Below are positions 1 to 12,499 of a stretch of 64,000 bases of DNA, piece by piece (position 1 is the stretch's first letter; every line of letters starts with the position of its first letter). The stretch spans positions 11,780,001-11,844,000 of the forward strand of contig JAQFVV010000002.1 in NCBI GenBank assembly GCA_028023455.1, in the 5' to 3' direction. The notes under the pieces are model-generated. The model did no database searches and was not told where the DNA came from. It was given only the letters and a program-made list of their open reading frames with translations. The position numbers and the translations under genes were made by a program. This stretch comes from Epiperipatus broadwayi (taxonomy: Eukaryota; Animalia; Onychophora).

Positions 1-1659
1 TCTAAAAAAATCCTAAGCCTGATTGTGATTTAGAAAAAAAATTAATATTTAGATAATACAAATCACCTCTGAAAATATTTTTTTCACTATCTTCTTATCT
101 GATACATTTTATATGTTTTTCCAAAAAAAAAACCCTCATTTTTAAAAGATTTTGAAAAGAATGGCCATCTTATCTTCATACCTGAATGCAATTATATAGG
201 CAAATCTTAAGCATCCTATAAAGAGAATGTGAATATATTAAATTATTCACTAACATTTCTTTTTTATAGCCCATTAACACTTATGAATTATTGGAAATTT
301 GCTACATGTCAGTATTAGAAAATATTATACTTAATACAACATTGCTAATTGAATATTAGAATACAGGACATGTGTGGAGGCTTGATAACCTTCTCCTTAG
401 AATTACAGCTTGATACTGTGCTAGAAAAAAATTCTTGATTATTTATATTCAATTTTTATTAATTATAGTCTAATATTTTTTAGTAAATTACTGAAAGTAA
501 AATGACATATAATCTGATTCCATGCATCATATCAGTGTTTTGGACGACTCACACCTGCAATTACCTGTCTAACAAATATTACTACAAAAATGTAAGCATT
601 GATGAATAATAAGATTAAAGATTCAACCAAGAGAAAACAAGACCTAAAAATTGAAAAATATAAAATTGGAAATGAAATAATAGTAGATAAATAAAAAACT
701 ATAAAATCAACAGCTATTCAAATTAATGGGGCTTCATTTTTGTTGATACAATCTGTTTTCTTAGAATTTCAATGGCTCCTTTTATTTTTTTGTGTGGAGA
801 ACACTACATCTGAATGAATCCTAATCCTAGTACTTGAAAAATCTATATTATGATTATATCAATAGCATGAAGTGAGAAAAGCATTGATGTCATACCCACA
901 TAAAGTGCTCCATAAACTCTACATGGGATTACATCCACTCCAGCATCAAGAAACATTGAATCTTCAGACTTGAAAAGAAATTTATCATTTTTTTTAATTA
1001 GTAGTATCTGCTGTTTTTATACTATAGCCATTTTAAAATATATAAAATGCTGTCTGTAGTTCCTTTTGAATGAAGAATACAGACTCTAATACTCATGAGT
1101 TTTTTTTTTCTATTGGTTTTTCATTATGACTGGTTTGGACCTGAATTAAGGCTATGTTTATAATTTCATTACTATAACCATTAGCTACTTATATGATTTA
1201 TTTTTCTTTTAGATGATTTTTCTGAAAGGTTAAATTCTTTAATGAAGATAGTTTAGGCTATCCAAAAGACCTGAACTGGGTGTTGATGGGATGAAAATAG
1301 TATCTATATGTATGTACAGGTTGTCTGAAAATTGAAAAAGTAAAAAATTATTCTGTTCTTTTATTTATTTGGTGATGAGTACATCCATGAAGGAAAGTTT
1401 CTGATCAATCTCTGTGTTCATATCTTAGAAGAAATAATATAGTTTATCTTTGCCATGTTGACAGACATCAAATTCGTCATTTATATACCTGAGCCAAATA
1501 AAAGATTTCAAAGATGTTGACTCTAAAGTACAAATCTCTATGTACTCCAAAAACAGATCAGCAAATAGTCCTGAGATGGGAGAGTCTATCGAATACCAAA
1601 AATCTGTTAATAATGTTTCTCACTATACATAAAATAAATGTTTAAAAGATAATTATAAG

Positions 1660-2345
1660 CAGATTTTTAATACTCCAATGAATTCTACCATCTTGGGACA
1701 ACTTGCTGACTTGCTTATGAAATACATAGAAATTCATTTTTTAGAAGTAACCCTTTTATATTTAGATGACACATTTATTGTCTGCCAACACGATAAACTA
1801 TATAATTTCTTCTCACATATTAATACCATCCATGCTCATATTAAAATTACAATGGAAATAAAAATTGATGTAAAATTTATTTCCTTAATGTATTAATAAT
1901 CAAAAACAGGTCAGTTACAATTTATTCATTATTGCCCAGCTGAGATCTTTTCTGCAATCAAAACTCTCTTTACTAAAATAGTTGACCTTTCAGATAAATC
2001 ATAACTAGAATAAGTAAATCATATTAATAATATCTTATAAGTTAATGGTTGTAATAATGAAATCATAAGAAAAACTATGATTCAGACCCAAAACAGTCCC
2101 AATAATAAAAAAAAACAAGAGAAGAAAAATTTACAACTATTAAATTCTGTATTCCTTATATGAGTTGCAGACAGCATTGGACATGTTATAAAATACTACA
2201 ACATATGCAGATAGTATTGGACATATAAAATACTACAACATAAAAACATTATATACCTCTAACCAAAAATCTGGTATCATTCTGTCCAAGCCTAAGAACT
2301 CAATTTGTCTTGAGATCCCATGAGTTTATGAAATCCCATGTGAAA
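1660..2345 (+). mobile_element. Penelope-like element RT/thumb fragment running to the start of GIY-YIG
   Basis: ORF 1678-1896 contains YLDDTFIV...INTIHAHIKITME (PLE RT YxDD and IKFTME motifs); downstream VYEIPCE at ~2325-2345; internal ~40-bp tandem duplication 2166-2242. Confidence 0.8.
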
Positions 2346-3169
2346 TTTTTAGGCTCTCTTATAGTTGTATGGACATTTATTGCATCTAGAAGAGTTTAAA
2401 TATGTGTATGTAGTAAAGCAGTAATCATCATCATTGGCACTCACATTCCATACTACAGATTTTTCAAAACCAGGATTCTATTCATATGTGGCACTCTCTG
2501 CCAAACATTAAAAAAAACAAAAAAAAACAGAATATATTAACAAATGTATTGATATATGTAAACTACCTTCAATTTGGAAAAAAACCTTTTAAAACCCCCT
2601 AATCCAAATAGTTGATAATTTTATACTGTTTTTTTTAATTATGTACAAACATTCCATTCTCACCCTTATATCTTAAAATTTTTTGTTGTCTTCTATTGGA
2701 TAAACCTTTGTTCTTGTTATACACCATTCCTTACATTTTTATATCATTTATTACCCAGTTAATAACAGGCACCAGGCAGTCAAAATATCAGTAAAATAAT
2801 ACCATAAATCATATATGGATAAATCTGGATATGTTATTTATATTTATAGGCCATGAAAATCTTTATTGAAAACTATGTAGAAAAAAATCCTTTCTTACAC
2901 TCAATAAATCAAATGAAAATACGATATTAGTAGCATAATACAGTTTCTTTAATTGAAATGATCTAATAATAAAATTCTTGGCCAATAACTAATGTCTTAT
3001 TTTAAAAATAATAACTATTATTTTTTTCAAACTTTAATTTAATAACATTTTAATCAATAATAACATCAGATTTATTAAAAACAGAATTATTATGAATATT
3101 TTACCTATCAAAACTAGAAGCTTTTGAAGTAATAAAATTCTTATTTCTAATATTTTTATAAAATTCGAT

Positions 3170-3407
3170 AAAATTTTCACTATTATATATGTGTGTGAGG
3201 ATAGTAATCTAGACCAACTGATGATTGCTGGTTTAGCATGAAATACGAATATCGGTGATTATTTATCTTTTCAACATGTGTGTGATCAGGTGGGTCAGCA
3301 ATATGAGATGGCACTGAGAGTAGTGGTCGTGTGAAAGTCTGAGTTCGACTCCCGCATATATTACATATATAAATGCCGGTTTAAGCCTGTACAGTGTATT
3401 AATTTAT
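3170..3407 (+). mobile_element. Family B HHR-bearing retro-insertion (single arm plus tail), degenerate HHR at ~3213-3257
   Basis: accaa-CTGATGA-ttgct ggttt agcat-GAAA-tacgaa-ta-tcggt; downstream gagttcgactccc; flanked by a 22-bp direct repeat with 2 mismatches (3148-3169 / 3408-3429). Confidence 0.75.
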
Positions 3408-4542
3408 TAATATTTTTGTAAAATTCAATTCCAGCTTTAAGTAGATTTGCTACCACTAGTCTTTTTTTTTTCTATTAATAATTTAAAATAAACGCTCCTA
3501 GTATAATTCTGAATCTATAATAATTCACTAGTTAAAAATGTACTTTGTTCAAGACTGGCAGTAATGAAATTATATAATGAAGTCGAAGTTAATAAAGCAG
3601 ATTTTATTATCAAACTACATATGTTATTACTGCGTACCTTTTTCAAAATTATTAATATTAAAAAAGCTTATATATAAAATCAGAATGTAATTTTTTATAC
3701 TGTTTGATGTAAGTAATTACATTCTTTTAAAAATTAAAAATAACAATAATAATATTTTAATGTCTAAATTCAATAAAATAAATAATCTTCCTCTATTTTC
3801 CTACAAAGCTAAATCTTTTCATATAATCAAAATTATTTGAACAATAAAAGTGATGAGTCAGAGCAAACACAACTCTTTATCTGAGTGAAGTCACCAAGAA
3901 CAAAAAGTATTTTTTGTCTACAACTATATGTTACAAATAATCATTCTATAAATTAATAATCTTGCTTTAGCTATTGCATCTCTCATCTTATTATTTTAAA
4001 AGTGAATACAGAATATGTTAATTCTATCCAGGAATAGGAAGATGATAACTGTTTCAATTTATTTTATAAAAAAATATATTTTGATAAAAATTTGAATATC
4101 GACAACAAAAATAGTTAAAAAAAAAAAACAAGAAAAAATATAAAAGTAACAATAAAATATGAAAAATAAAACAAAATATTAATAATTTTCTTTTTTTTAA
4201 ACACACACATACAAGTTGACTTTATTTAGTCAGTAATATAAAATTTAGAGAAAGAAATTGACTTTAAAAGCATTTCCAGTTATTTAAAACAGTTATAAAA
4301 AAAGCAATTAAAGATAATGATTTATGCAAATTGATAAAAGGATTTTTACAAAGTATCTTGATTGTAAAGACAAAAAAATCCAGATAATGAAACAGAGGAG
4401 GGACTACAAACTGGGTGTAATAAAGGGTTACACTAGTTTGCTTTGATACTGAATATATTTGTTCTAAAAAGTAATATATAAGGTTAAGTATATGCTAATG
4501 CCTACAATATACGTTTTCTTATATTTCTAAATATTTATTTGA

Positions 4543-5480
4543 ATATCCAAATATTAAATCACCCCATGCTTAAGAAATCCAGCACTGCCCTCTATGAAAT
4601 AATATATAGAGTACATATTTCAAAATAGCCAGCTTCAAACTGATACCACTTTGAAACTGTATGCTAATAGATCTTGAATATTGAAACATGAACTAATCCA
4701 AACAAAGAGCATGAAATTTAAATAACAATTATCTTAACTTGCTACTGAACAAACATTTTTAGTACTCTTATATAAAGACAGACTAAATATTAATAATTTT
4801 AGTTTTTAAATACAGTTGTATATGAAAATAGTCCCAGTGCTTAATGCTATACTGAAATAAATATCCAAATATCAAATCACCACACATAATTAAGAAATTC
4901 CACACTGCCCTCTGTGGAAGATTAAAATTAAAATTGTCTTTATATAAAAATAGTAAACATGTTTGTTTAGTAGCAAGTTAAGATTGTTGCTTATTTAAAT
5001 TTCACATGTTTCAAAATGGTATCATTTAGAACTGGCTATTTTTGAAATATAAACTCAAAATATATTTATATATTTATTTCACAGAGTATGGTGCTGAATA
5101 TTTATTTCAGAGTAGCATTATGCACTGGGATTATTTCCATATATAATTATGTTAGGTAGTTTAAAGATTAAAACTTTTATTGTTTACTTTGTCTTTATAT
5201 AAGAGTAGTAAACATGATTGTTTAGTAGCAAGTTAAGAAGACCATTGCTTATTTAAATTTCAAGTTCTTTATTTGAACTAGTTCGTATTTCAATATTTAA
5301 GATCTAATAGCATAAAGTTTCAAAGTAGTATCATTTTGAGGTTGGCTATTTTAAAATATGGACTTTAATATATTTATATATTATTTCACAGAGGGCAGTG
5401 CTGAATTTCTTAACCTAGTGGAGTGATTTAATATTTGGATTTTTATTTCAGTTTGGCATTAGAAATGGGATTATTTACAT
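4543..5480. repeat. ~320-bp tandem unit present forward (~1.2 copies) and inverted (~2 copies), forming a large imperfect fold-back
   Basis: atatccaaatat...cactgccctct at 4543 and 4861 (period 318); reverse-complement copies at ~4935-5170 (internally deleted) and ~5170-5480. Confidence 0.8.
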
Positions 5481-5786
5481 AATTGAGTATATAGTTAAAA
5501 CTTCCACATTTCCACACATTTTAAAAATATATGAATAAAAACATATGAAAAAGATAAATGGTCCCCAAGATGCATTTCATGTTGAAACAGCATTTTGCAG
5601 ATGGCTTAGGTCATAATCTTGTATACATCACCATTCATTCCATATATCAATATCAAATTATTATAATTTGATTAGCATGTGTAAAACTTTCTATATTCAC
5701 ATTCAATTCAGATATGTACATTAATGATTACTATTACACCTGAGTTAGGAATGATAATGTTAGCCTAATAAATAATTGCTCAAATC

Positions 5787-5900
5787 CAGTGTTTCCCAAA
5801 GTGGACAGTACCACCCCCCAGAGGGCAGTGAAAACTTCTAGGGGGACAATAGTGAGTTCAGAAGCATTTGGGAGGTGTTCAGGTGGCCTAGCCTTTTCTC
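5787..5900 (+). mobile_element. hAT-like terminus
   Basis: CAGTGTTTCCCAAAGTGG is a typical hAT TIR start followed by a GC-rich subterminal stretch; matching right TIR not found. Confidence 0.35.
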
Positions 5901-7039
5901 TGGACTTTAACTCGCTCTCAAACTGCTAATTTTTATGTTATTTTGCTGATTTTATGGTTATTTTATAAATTGTTTATATGCAAGAATATATATTAAAAAA
6001 AGGAGAATAGGCAGAGTAATTGTAAATATTTTGCACATTTTTGATGTGTTTTTCCCCTTTATTAATAAGTTAAAAGGAATGCAGATAATTATTGTATGGC
6101 TAATTTTAAATTTTACTAATAGATAGAAGGGCTCATCCTGTGCATTATATTTTTTGTTAAAAAAACAAAGTAATTTAAGGTCAATATCAGCTGAGAGAAT
6201 CTAAAAAAATTTCATATCTCAGATTTTTTTTTTTGTTTTGAATTTTTTGTAAAGATGGAAAATGTTATTTCCATTGTATTAAAATTAAAAACAATATGTA
6301 AAATGGAACTCCTTGAGGAATTAAAAGAGTCTGAGTGGAAAATGAAAGAAGTAAAAGGTAAAAAGGTGTAATAAGCTATATCAATTGTGTTATGATCAAT
6401 TATCCAAGAAATTGGAGATAACGGCTGTAAATAGTGAAAGAGGGATACTCAATTTGTACTGTTATAGGTGTGCTATGTGATGGGGGTAGTTTCCTTTGAG
6501 TTTGTTTTCCTTGCTATGTTTTGTTTGCTGGGCGATTAAGGGTTTGCTGAACTAAGAGAAATATTCTAGTTGTAAAACAGTGGAGAACTTTATAAAAGAG
6601 GGCAGAGCTGAGCCTAGCTTCAAATTATAGTCTGTCCAGAATTGCATGATCGACTCTTTGTTGGCTGCTGTAGTTACTATAAAGATTTCTAGAAAAAGCT
6701 GAAAAATAAAAAATGCCTAAATTTTATCATTAAAATGCTAATGAAGTAAACTCCCAATGTTAGTGCACCAGCCAGACCTCTATGCTGCTGTCATGTAGCC
6801 ACAGATGCTAACTGATGATGATGAATGCCTTAATATCTAATGCTGTGAAGAAGGGAAGCCTTCACCACACTGATGTCATGGTTTATAGTGCACTTAAAAG
6901 TTACTAAGTCTGGAGGTGGTTAATGATAGAAACCAGAAGGAATCCAGATGGTATAATTTTTATTTATTTATTATCATTATGACTTGTTGCTATAAATTTT
7001 ATTGTATTTTTTTTTGTTTCTCTATACATTATATTTCCA

Positions 7040-7990
7040 GTTTTGAGAAAATGCATTGAACATTACTTTAGTCTTTATAACATTTTCTTTTAATCCTACT
7101 GTCTTATTTTCATCTGATAACTCTTGCAATATTTCTTGAAACTCTAAAGCATTATTTGCAAAAACAATACATTATATGCAAAATCTAAATGACTTAAATA
7201 ATCTCCATTTAATTTTACTCCTTTAATCCACAAAATATTTCTTGCAAAACTTCTGTGTCAAGTTTTGGAGATATGGAGTCACCCTGCTGTACGTCATTTT
7301 CAATATTAATCTTCATAGTGTCATTATGTAATCTAATTGCTGCTGTTGTATTTTTATAAATATTCTTCAAAATATGACAATACCCTGGGTCTATACATTG
7401 ATGATCTAATTAATGCTTTAATCACTGAAACAATACTTATAGAATCAAATGCCTTTTCATAATCTACAAATCCAAAGCATAATAGCAACTCATATTCATT
7501 GATCCTTTCTATAACATCTCACAATACTTGGATGATATCCACTATACTAAAACCACTTTTAAATTCAGTTTGTTCTTTTGGTTGGTTAAAATCAAAAGTT
7601 TGCTGTGGATGAGTTAACAGGTCCGTAATTTATAATATCTTGCTTATTTTCTTTTTTAAATATTAATACTGCATTCTTCTAATCTATGATATTGCTTTAT
7701 CATTTAGACATTTCTTATATAACTTTGCCAAAAAAAGTTTATATTTCTTCCTCTGCTTGTTTTAAGATATCAATTATAATTCCATTATTAGTTTCTTAAT
7801 AAATTTAATTGTATGACTCATTTCTTCATTTAAAATTCCAGACAATTCAGAATTGTAGTAGTTGTAGGTGGTACTTTTCCTTGCTCTTTATTGCTATGTA
7901 ATTCTTGATAGAACTCATCTACATATTTCATGATACCATTTCTCTTTTTAATAATAGTTCCATATTTTTTTCTTATTGCAGAAATGTTTC
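7040..7990 (-). mobile_element. RTE-clade LINE reverse transcriptase fragment (decayed)
   Basis: Minus-strand translation QPKEQTEFKSGFSIVDIIQVL*DVIERINEYELLLCFGFVDYEKAFDSI, then a GVRQGD-like motif (gtacagcagggtgac) at ~7280-7295. Confidence 0.85.
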
Positions 7991-8261
7991 CTACCAGTAC
8001 CAAGTTGTTGTTTTACTCTGAAATCCATCAAATATCTAATAGCTGTAGGGAAGCAATAATATAAAAGTACTGTTTGCAAATTATTCCATTAGGTTATAAA
8101 ATATGATTTTATTAGAAGAGCATTTTAAGCACGATAATCCATTTTAAGTGATTACTGCACAATATATTATGCTGAAGTTTAAATCCCATTAATATACACT
8201 TAAGAAGCATCAAACATCAATAGATGTTAATTTCGATGGGATTCATCTCATTTCTATTATT

Positions 8262-8756
8262 AAACAAAGCAAAACTCTCCATATAGTAGTGCCACCCTGT
8301 GCCAACCAGAGTAATCAATGGATGCCAAAAGGCTTGTGCATAAAATCCTTATCTAGTTCCTACTCATCCAATATCTCCAGACTAGTTTCTGGCTTGTAGC
8401 CTTTGTCAGTGAGGAGTCTTGGATCTGAGAGCACTGCACCTAGATCTTAGGATCTAATGCAACCCTCCAGCTGTCACCTTTTATTTCTACTTAACTACAA
8501 ACCTGTAAGAATGAAATTGAAAACACAATAATGTTTTCAATCTAAGCTCAATACTTTATATAGTCATATGGTTCTGAACTCAGTTCAGCACCCATACATT
8601 TTAAGGTCTTTGGCTCTTTAACAACCATAGCCACCACTATCCTATTAGGCAGGATTGGTCTAGTTGGCACAGGGTGGCACTACTGTATGGAGAGTTTTGC
8701 CTTGTTTAATAACAATTATGTGCTAGTATAAAAGATGGTGATCATGTGATGTGTAA
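8262..8756. mobile_element. Family A HHR-bearing insertion, copy 1 (long arm with HHR on minus strand, short inverted arm plus tail)
   Basis: Arm 8262-8470 and inverted partial arm from 8663; tail ...gatcatgtgat; 14-bp TSD with 1 mismatch (8248-8261 / 8757-8770). Confidence 0.85.
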
Positions 8757-9857
8757 TCATTTCCATTATTCATAGTTTTCTTTGAAAAGTAATTATCATT
8801 CTATCTATAAAGGTTATTGCATGATCTGTAGGCATTGTGATATATATTTGTAAGCATGATATAAGTTTAATAAAGGCTTTTATCACTATATAAAAAATAA
8901 AATGATTCCCATAGGTGGCATTCAGATTGCAATGACAAGAATATAGAATATCAAACTTTAGTATTTCTTAATAAATAATTCTTTCAGTATAATACACTAA
9001 TATTATACTTTAATGTCTCTGACAACATTATTGATTTTATCCACTGGCATTTGCTTCATATTCCAAGTACATGTACAAGTATTTTACTTTGGTCTTAAAT
9101 AAGCATTTTGGAAATCTCTGATGAAAATAAAAAACAAACTTCTAGAATATGATGATAGTTGCATTTCAGCTGGTATTCAAGCCTTAATTTACATTCTGTT
9201 GTCCTCAAGAGCAGATGTCAACTTTCTTCTTAACACTTCGTGTTAAATATTAACAAATATAGCTTCTCTAACAAGCGTAAAAGCGCATAATTTTTGGGAG
9301 TAAATATCTTTATAAATATGTACATCACAGTTTTGTAATAAAAAATGTCTGTCAATAGTTTAGCTTATCTCAAAGTAAGCAAAATCTATATAAGCAAAAT
9401 ACCCCCCCCCCCCAATAAGTCCCAGCTTGACAACATGGACTTTTATATAACCTGTTTGAATGATACAATATCCACTGCTGCTACCATTTAACATGCTCAA
9501 GTTACTTGTTTTGTAACATTTATGGAGTGATTATTATAAATAAATACTTTTTAAAATATCAACTATACAAATATATATATAGACTCATACATGTGAGAAT
9601 GTAACCTATTATCTATTTATTAAAGTTTCCTGATGAAATATATATATATAAAACAAGCAATATCATTTTGGCAAAATGTTTTTAAAATTGAAATATGTTG
9701 ATTAATCTTTTTATAAAAAAAAAACAAGATGCTAAGTTTATTGGGTATTGTTTGTCTTTAAAATGGAATAAAATGAACTGCAACTTACTCTTAAATGATA
9801 CAATAAAATAAAACAAGTGTTATTTTGACTTCAAAATGTTTTTTAAAAATGAAATAA

Positions 9858-10067
9858 TGGTAGTTGGGGAATAACTATCCTGCCACTGCCAGAGACGTCA
9901 TTTCTGCAAAAATTGCAGAAATATTCAGAGTAGGGGCCCAAAAGCAGACGACGCAAAGTTCCAGCCGCTAGATGGCGCTGTTCACCATGCGTATGCACAG
10001 AAACATTATGCCAAGTAGCAGAAATGACGTCCCTAGCAGTGGCAGGATAGCTATTTCCCAACTACCA
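9858..10067. mobile_element. MITE with ~50-bp TIRs and an 11-bp TSD (MULE-like)
   Basis: TIRs 9858-9907 / 10018-10067 (tggtagttgggga...gacgtcatttctgc); perfect direct repeat aaatgaaataa at 9847-9857 and 10068-10078. Confidence 0.9.
9965..9979 (+). promoter_or_regulatory. CTCF-like motif inside the MITE
   Basis: CCGCTAGATGGCGCT closely matches the bilaterian CTCF core consensus; binding not shown. Confidence 0.45.
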
Positions 10068-12073
10068 AAATGAAATAACTATAGAGTGAGATTTTAACCT
10101 TATCAATAACTTTAAAAAGAAAACATATACAGGCCTTTATATAATGAAATTAAACAAGATATGATTCTAATAATTAATAATCCCATAAAACAATGATTTA
10201 AAACTCAAATAAAAAATATTTTTTGATAATATATATGTGTGACAATAGGTGGTCAGGGTATACCATATGGTGCAATATTTATCATGTTTAGATTTATGTA
10301 TCCTGTAAATAAAAAAATAATTTAGCTTTACATATTTTAAAAGCAACTTAATTATTAATTTAAAAGTTTTTTATATATATATTGTAAAATGCATATGTGT
10401 TATGTATATGTAAGTGTTCATATCTCAGTCAATTTATTTTTTACATGTTAACCTAATGGAATTATATCTTAGCAAAATGTTTTATCCTTATTACAAGATT
10501 AAAACAATTGATAAATAAATAATGGGATATTTGTTGTACGATTTTTTTATACAGGCATCTGCAGATATATAAGTATTGTATTTGTGATCATATATATATA
10601 AACGTTTTATTATTGCGTTTAATTTGGTTTTCAATCTAATGAGATAATATTAGTTATTGTTGGAGAATATTTATGATGGATGTCAAATTTTATTATTACT
10701 ATCACTGATATTTTATAAAATTATTAATCATTATTTTAAATTATTACAGTAAATTTATTTAATATAGATATTTGGGATTTTATTCCTCTCTCTATATGTT
10801 CAGCAAACGTTCTATCCAGGAAGCTAGCTAGCATTAATGGAATTTGATGTATAAGTGGATTCTATATAATTCTTTTTAGTATTATATAGATGGCACCTAA
10901 GGAACAAGATTTATTTTACATAATGATTCTGTAGCAATATTAAGAGTCATTTTAAGTCCATATACTTTATCTCTGCTTTATGATTAGTTTATTTATGTTT
11001 AATACACTCATGCTATCAGATGGCCTTGAATTGATCATGTTAATGATTACAGCATTTAATTCACATTTATGTAGCATTATCGTTATCTCTTTTAAATTTA
11101 AAGCACAACAGATTGCCTGACACAAATGATCTATATTTTACATTCCATTATGTTATAAATAATTCCCCAATATAAAACATATTATTGATGATTATCTACT
11201 TATGTTTATATCTTTAGGATTCCATTACAAATATATACACTATTGTATGTATTTTTAATTCAAGTGCTAATGATGATGATTTCTTATATATTTTCCAATC
11301 TATTATGGATGTGTGTTTGTGAGTTTGTGTATCATTATAATTATTACAATAAAGATTTTCCTTCCAGTTCGATTGATCAGGCAGTTTACAATGCATTGTT
11401 AATTATTATACATTTTATATCGAAATTATAATTTTTGATTTACAATAACACATTTCTAAAATATATCTGTTATATTTCATAAACAACTATAAATATAAAT
11501 TCTGTACTGATCTATGATAATAATATGATGAAACTAAGATGAGATACTGATCAAAAGCAAAAAAACTTGAAAAAGTACATTCCATTTAAATTTTTGCTGT
11601 CAATAATTTCCATATATATATTTCATGAACATTCTGTTGGTCATTTTTTATCTTTTTTATTAATGGGTATATGTGTTTAAATGCAAGAAGAAAAAAAATA
11701 TTTTACATGTTTCTAGTAAATTATTGCTTTTTTTTTTAAAAGAAAAAGTAACGAGGATTAAAAGCATTCTTTAACTCAATATAAAGAGTGAATTTATATT
11801 TGGAATAATTTAAACATTTCTTTAAAAATTAATATGTACATACAACATATCTTTTGAAAAATATCTACTTTTATTAATAATAGACCATTTTATACATGTG
11901 AATCTCTATTCAATATTAACATTTTAAAATTTACTTCTCTTATTAACTTTCTAAGCCTTAATGCACATATGATTGATGGGGAAAATATTTTAAAAAAATC
12001 AATTTTTTAAACGTTGGTCAGCCATACATAATAGTCACATGTTCTATTGTTCAGAAGATCATATGATATTAAA

Positions 12074-12499
12074 ACAGGCAAAACTCACTATACGTATTGC
12101 CACACACAGCAAGCTAGAGTAATCAATGGATGCCAGAAGGTTTATGCATAAAATCCCCATCTAGTGCCTACTCATCCAATATCCCCAGACTAGTTTCTGG
12201 CTTGTGGCCTTCGTCAGTGAGGAGCCGTGGATCTGAGAGCACTGCACCTAGATCTTAGGATCTAATGCAACCCTCTAGCATCCAAGGCTCCTCACTGACA
12301 AAGGCCACAAGTCAGAAACTAGTCTGGGGATATTGGATGAGTAGGCACTAGATGGGGGGGATTTTATGCATAAGCCTTCTGGCATCCATTGATTACTCTA
12401 GCTTGCTGGGTGTGGCAATACATATAGTAAGTTTTGCCTGTTTTAATAACAGTTATAAGCAAGCATAAGAAATGGTGATCATGTGATGTTTATTAACTT
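12074..12499. mobile_element. Family A copy 2: two-armed hairpin with an HHR in each arm
   Basis: Arms ~12068-12233 and 12280-12446, 46-nt loop, tail to ~12490; direct repeat aagatcatatgat(a/g)ttaaa at 12055-12073 / 12500-12518. Confidence 0.9.
12182..12223 (-). ncRNA. Minimal type-I hammerhead motif (family A)
   Basis: Minus strand: tcctca CTGACGA a ggc cacaa gcc a GAAA ctag TC tgggga; stem I 6 bp with one G-U, helix III palindrome ACTAGT, GUC cleavage triplet. Confidence 0.7.

Larger units (their letters stand above)
270..11431 (+). pseudogene. Decayed multi-exon gene with ARM-repeat-like (LRRK2 N-terminal-like) exons
   Basis: Short segments bounded by AG/GT translate to helical ARM-like peptides: ~868 HEVRKALMSYPHKVLHKLYMGL; ~2851 AMKIFIENYVEKNPFLH; 5601 (D)GLGHNLVYITIH...LACVKLSIF; 8915 (G)GIQIAMTRI*; 9170 (A)GIQALIYILLSSRADVNFLLNTSC*ILTNIASL; 11020 (D)GLELIMLMITAF; 11218-11318 DSITNIYTIVCIFNSSANDDDFLYIFQSIMDVC ending at GTGAGT; 11368-11431 terminal exon. 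In-frame TAA/TAG/TGA stops occur in several. Family assignment is pattern recognition only. Confidence 0.4.

Noticed and set aside
6820-6880. CTGATGA and a GTGAAG..CCTTCAC hairpin as a possible hammerhead
   Set aside because: No GAAA or helix III in the required order; CTGATGA is part of a (TGA)n run.
8915-9460. About 180-codon frame interrupted only by TAA/TAG, suggesting a TAR=Gln genetic code
   Set aside because: The ~11 TAR codons are about what random AT-rich sequence gives; neighbouring exons of the same locus (5669, ~11110) have TGA stops; PLE ORFs appear to end at TAA/TAG.
9843-10061. 72-aa minus-strand ORF
   Set aside because: Lies within the GC-rich MITE; no protein features.
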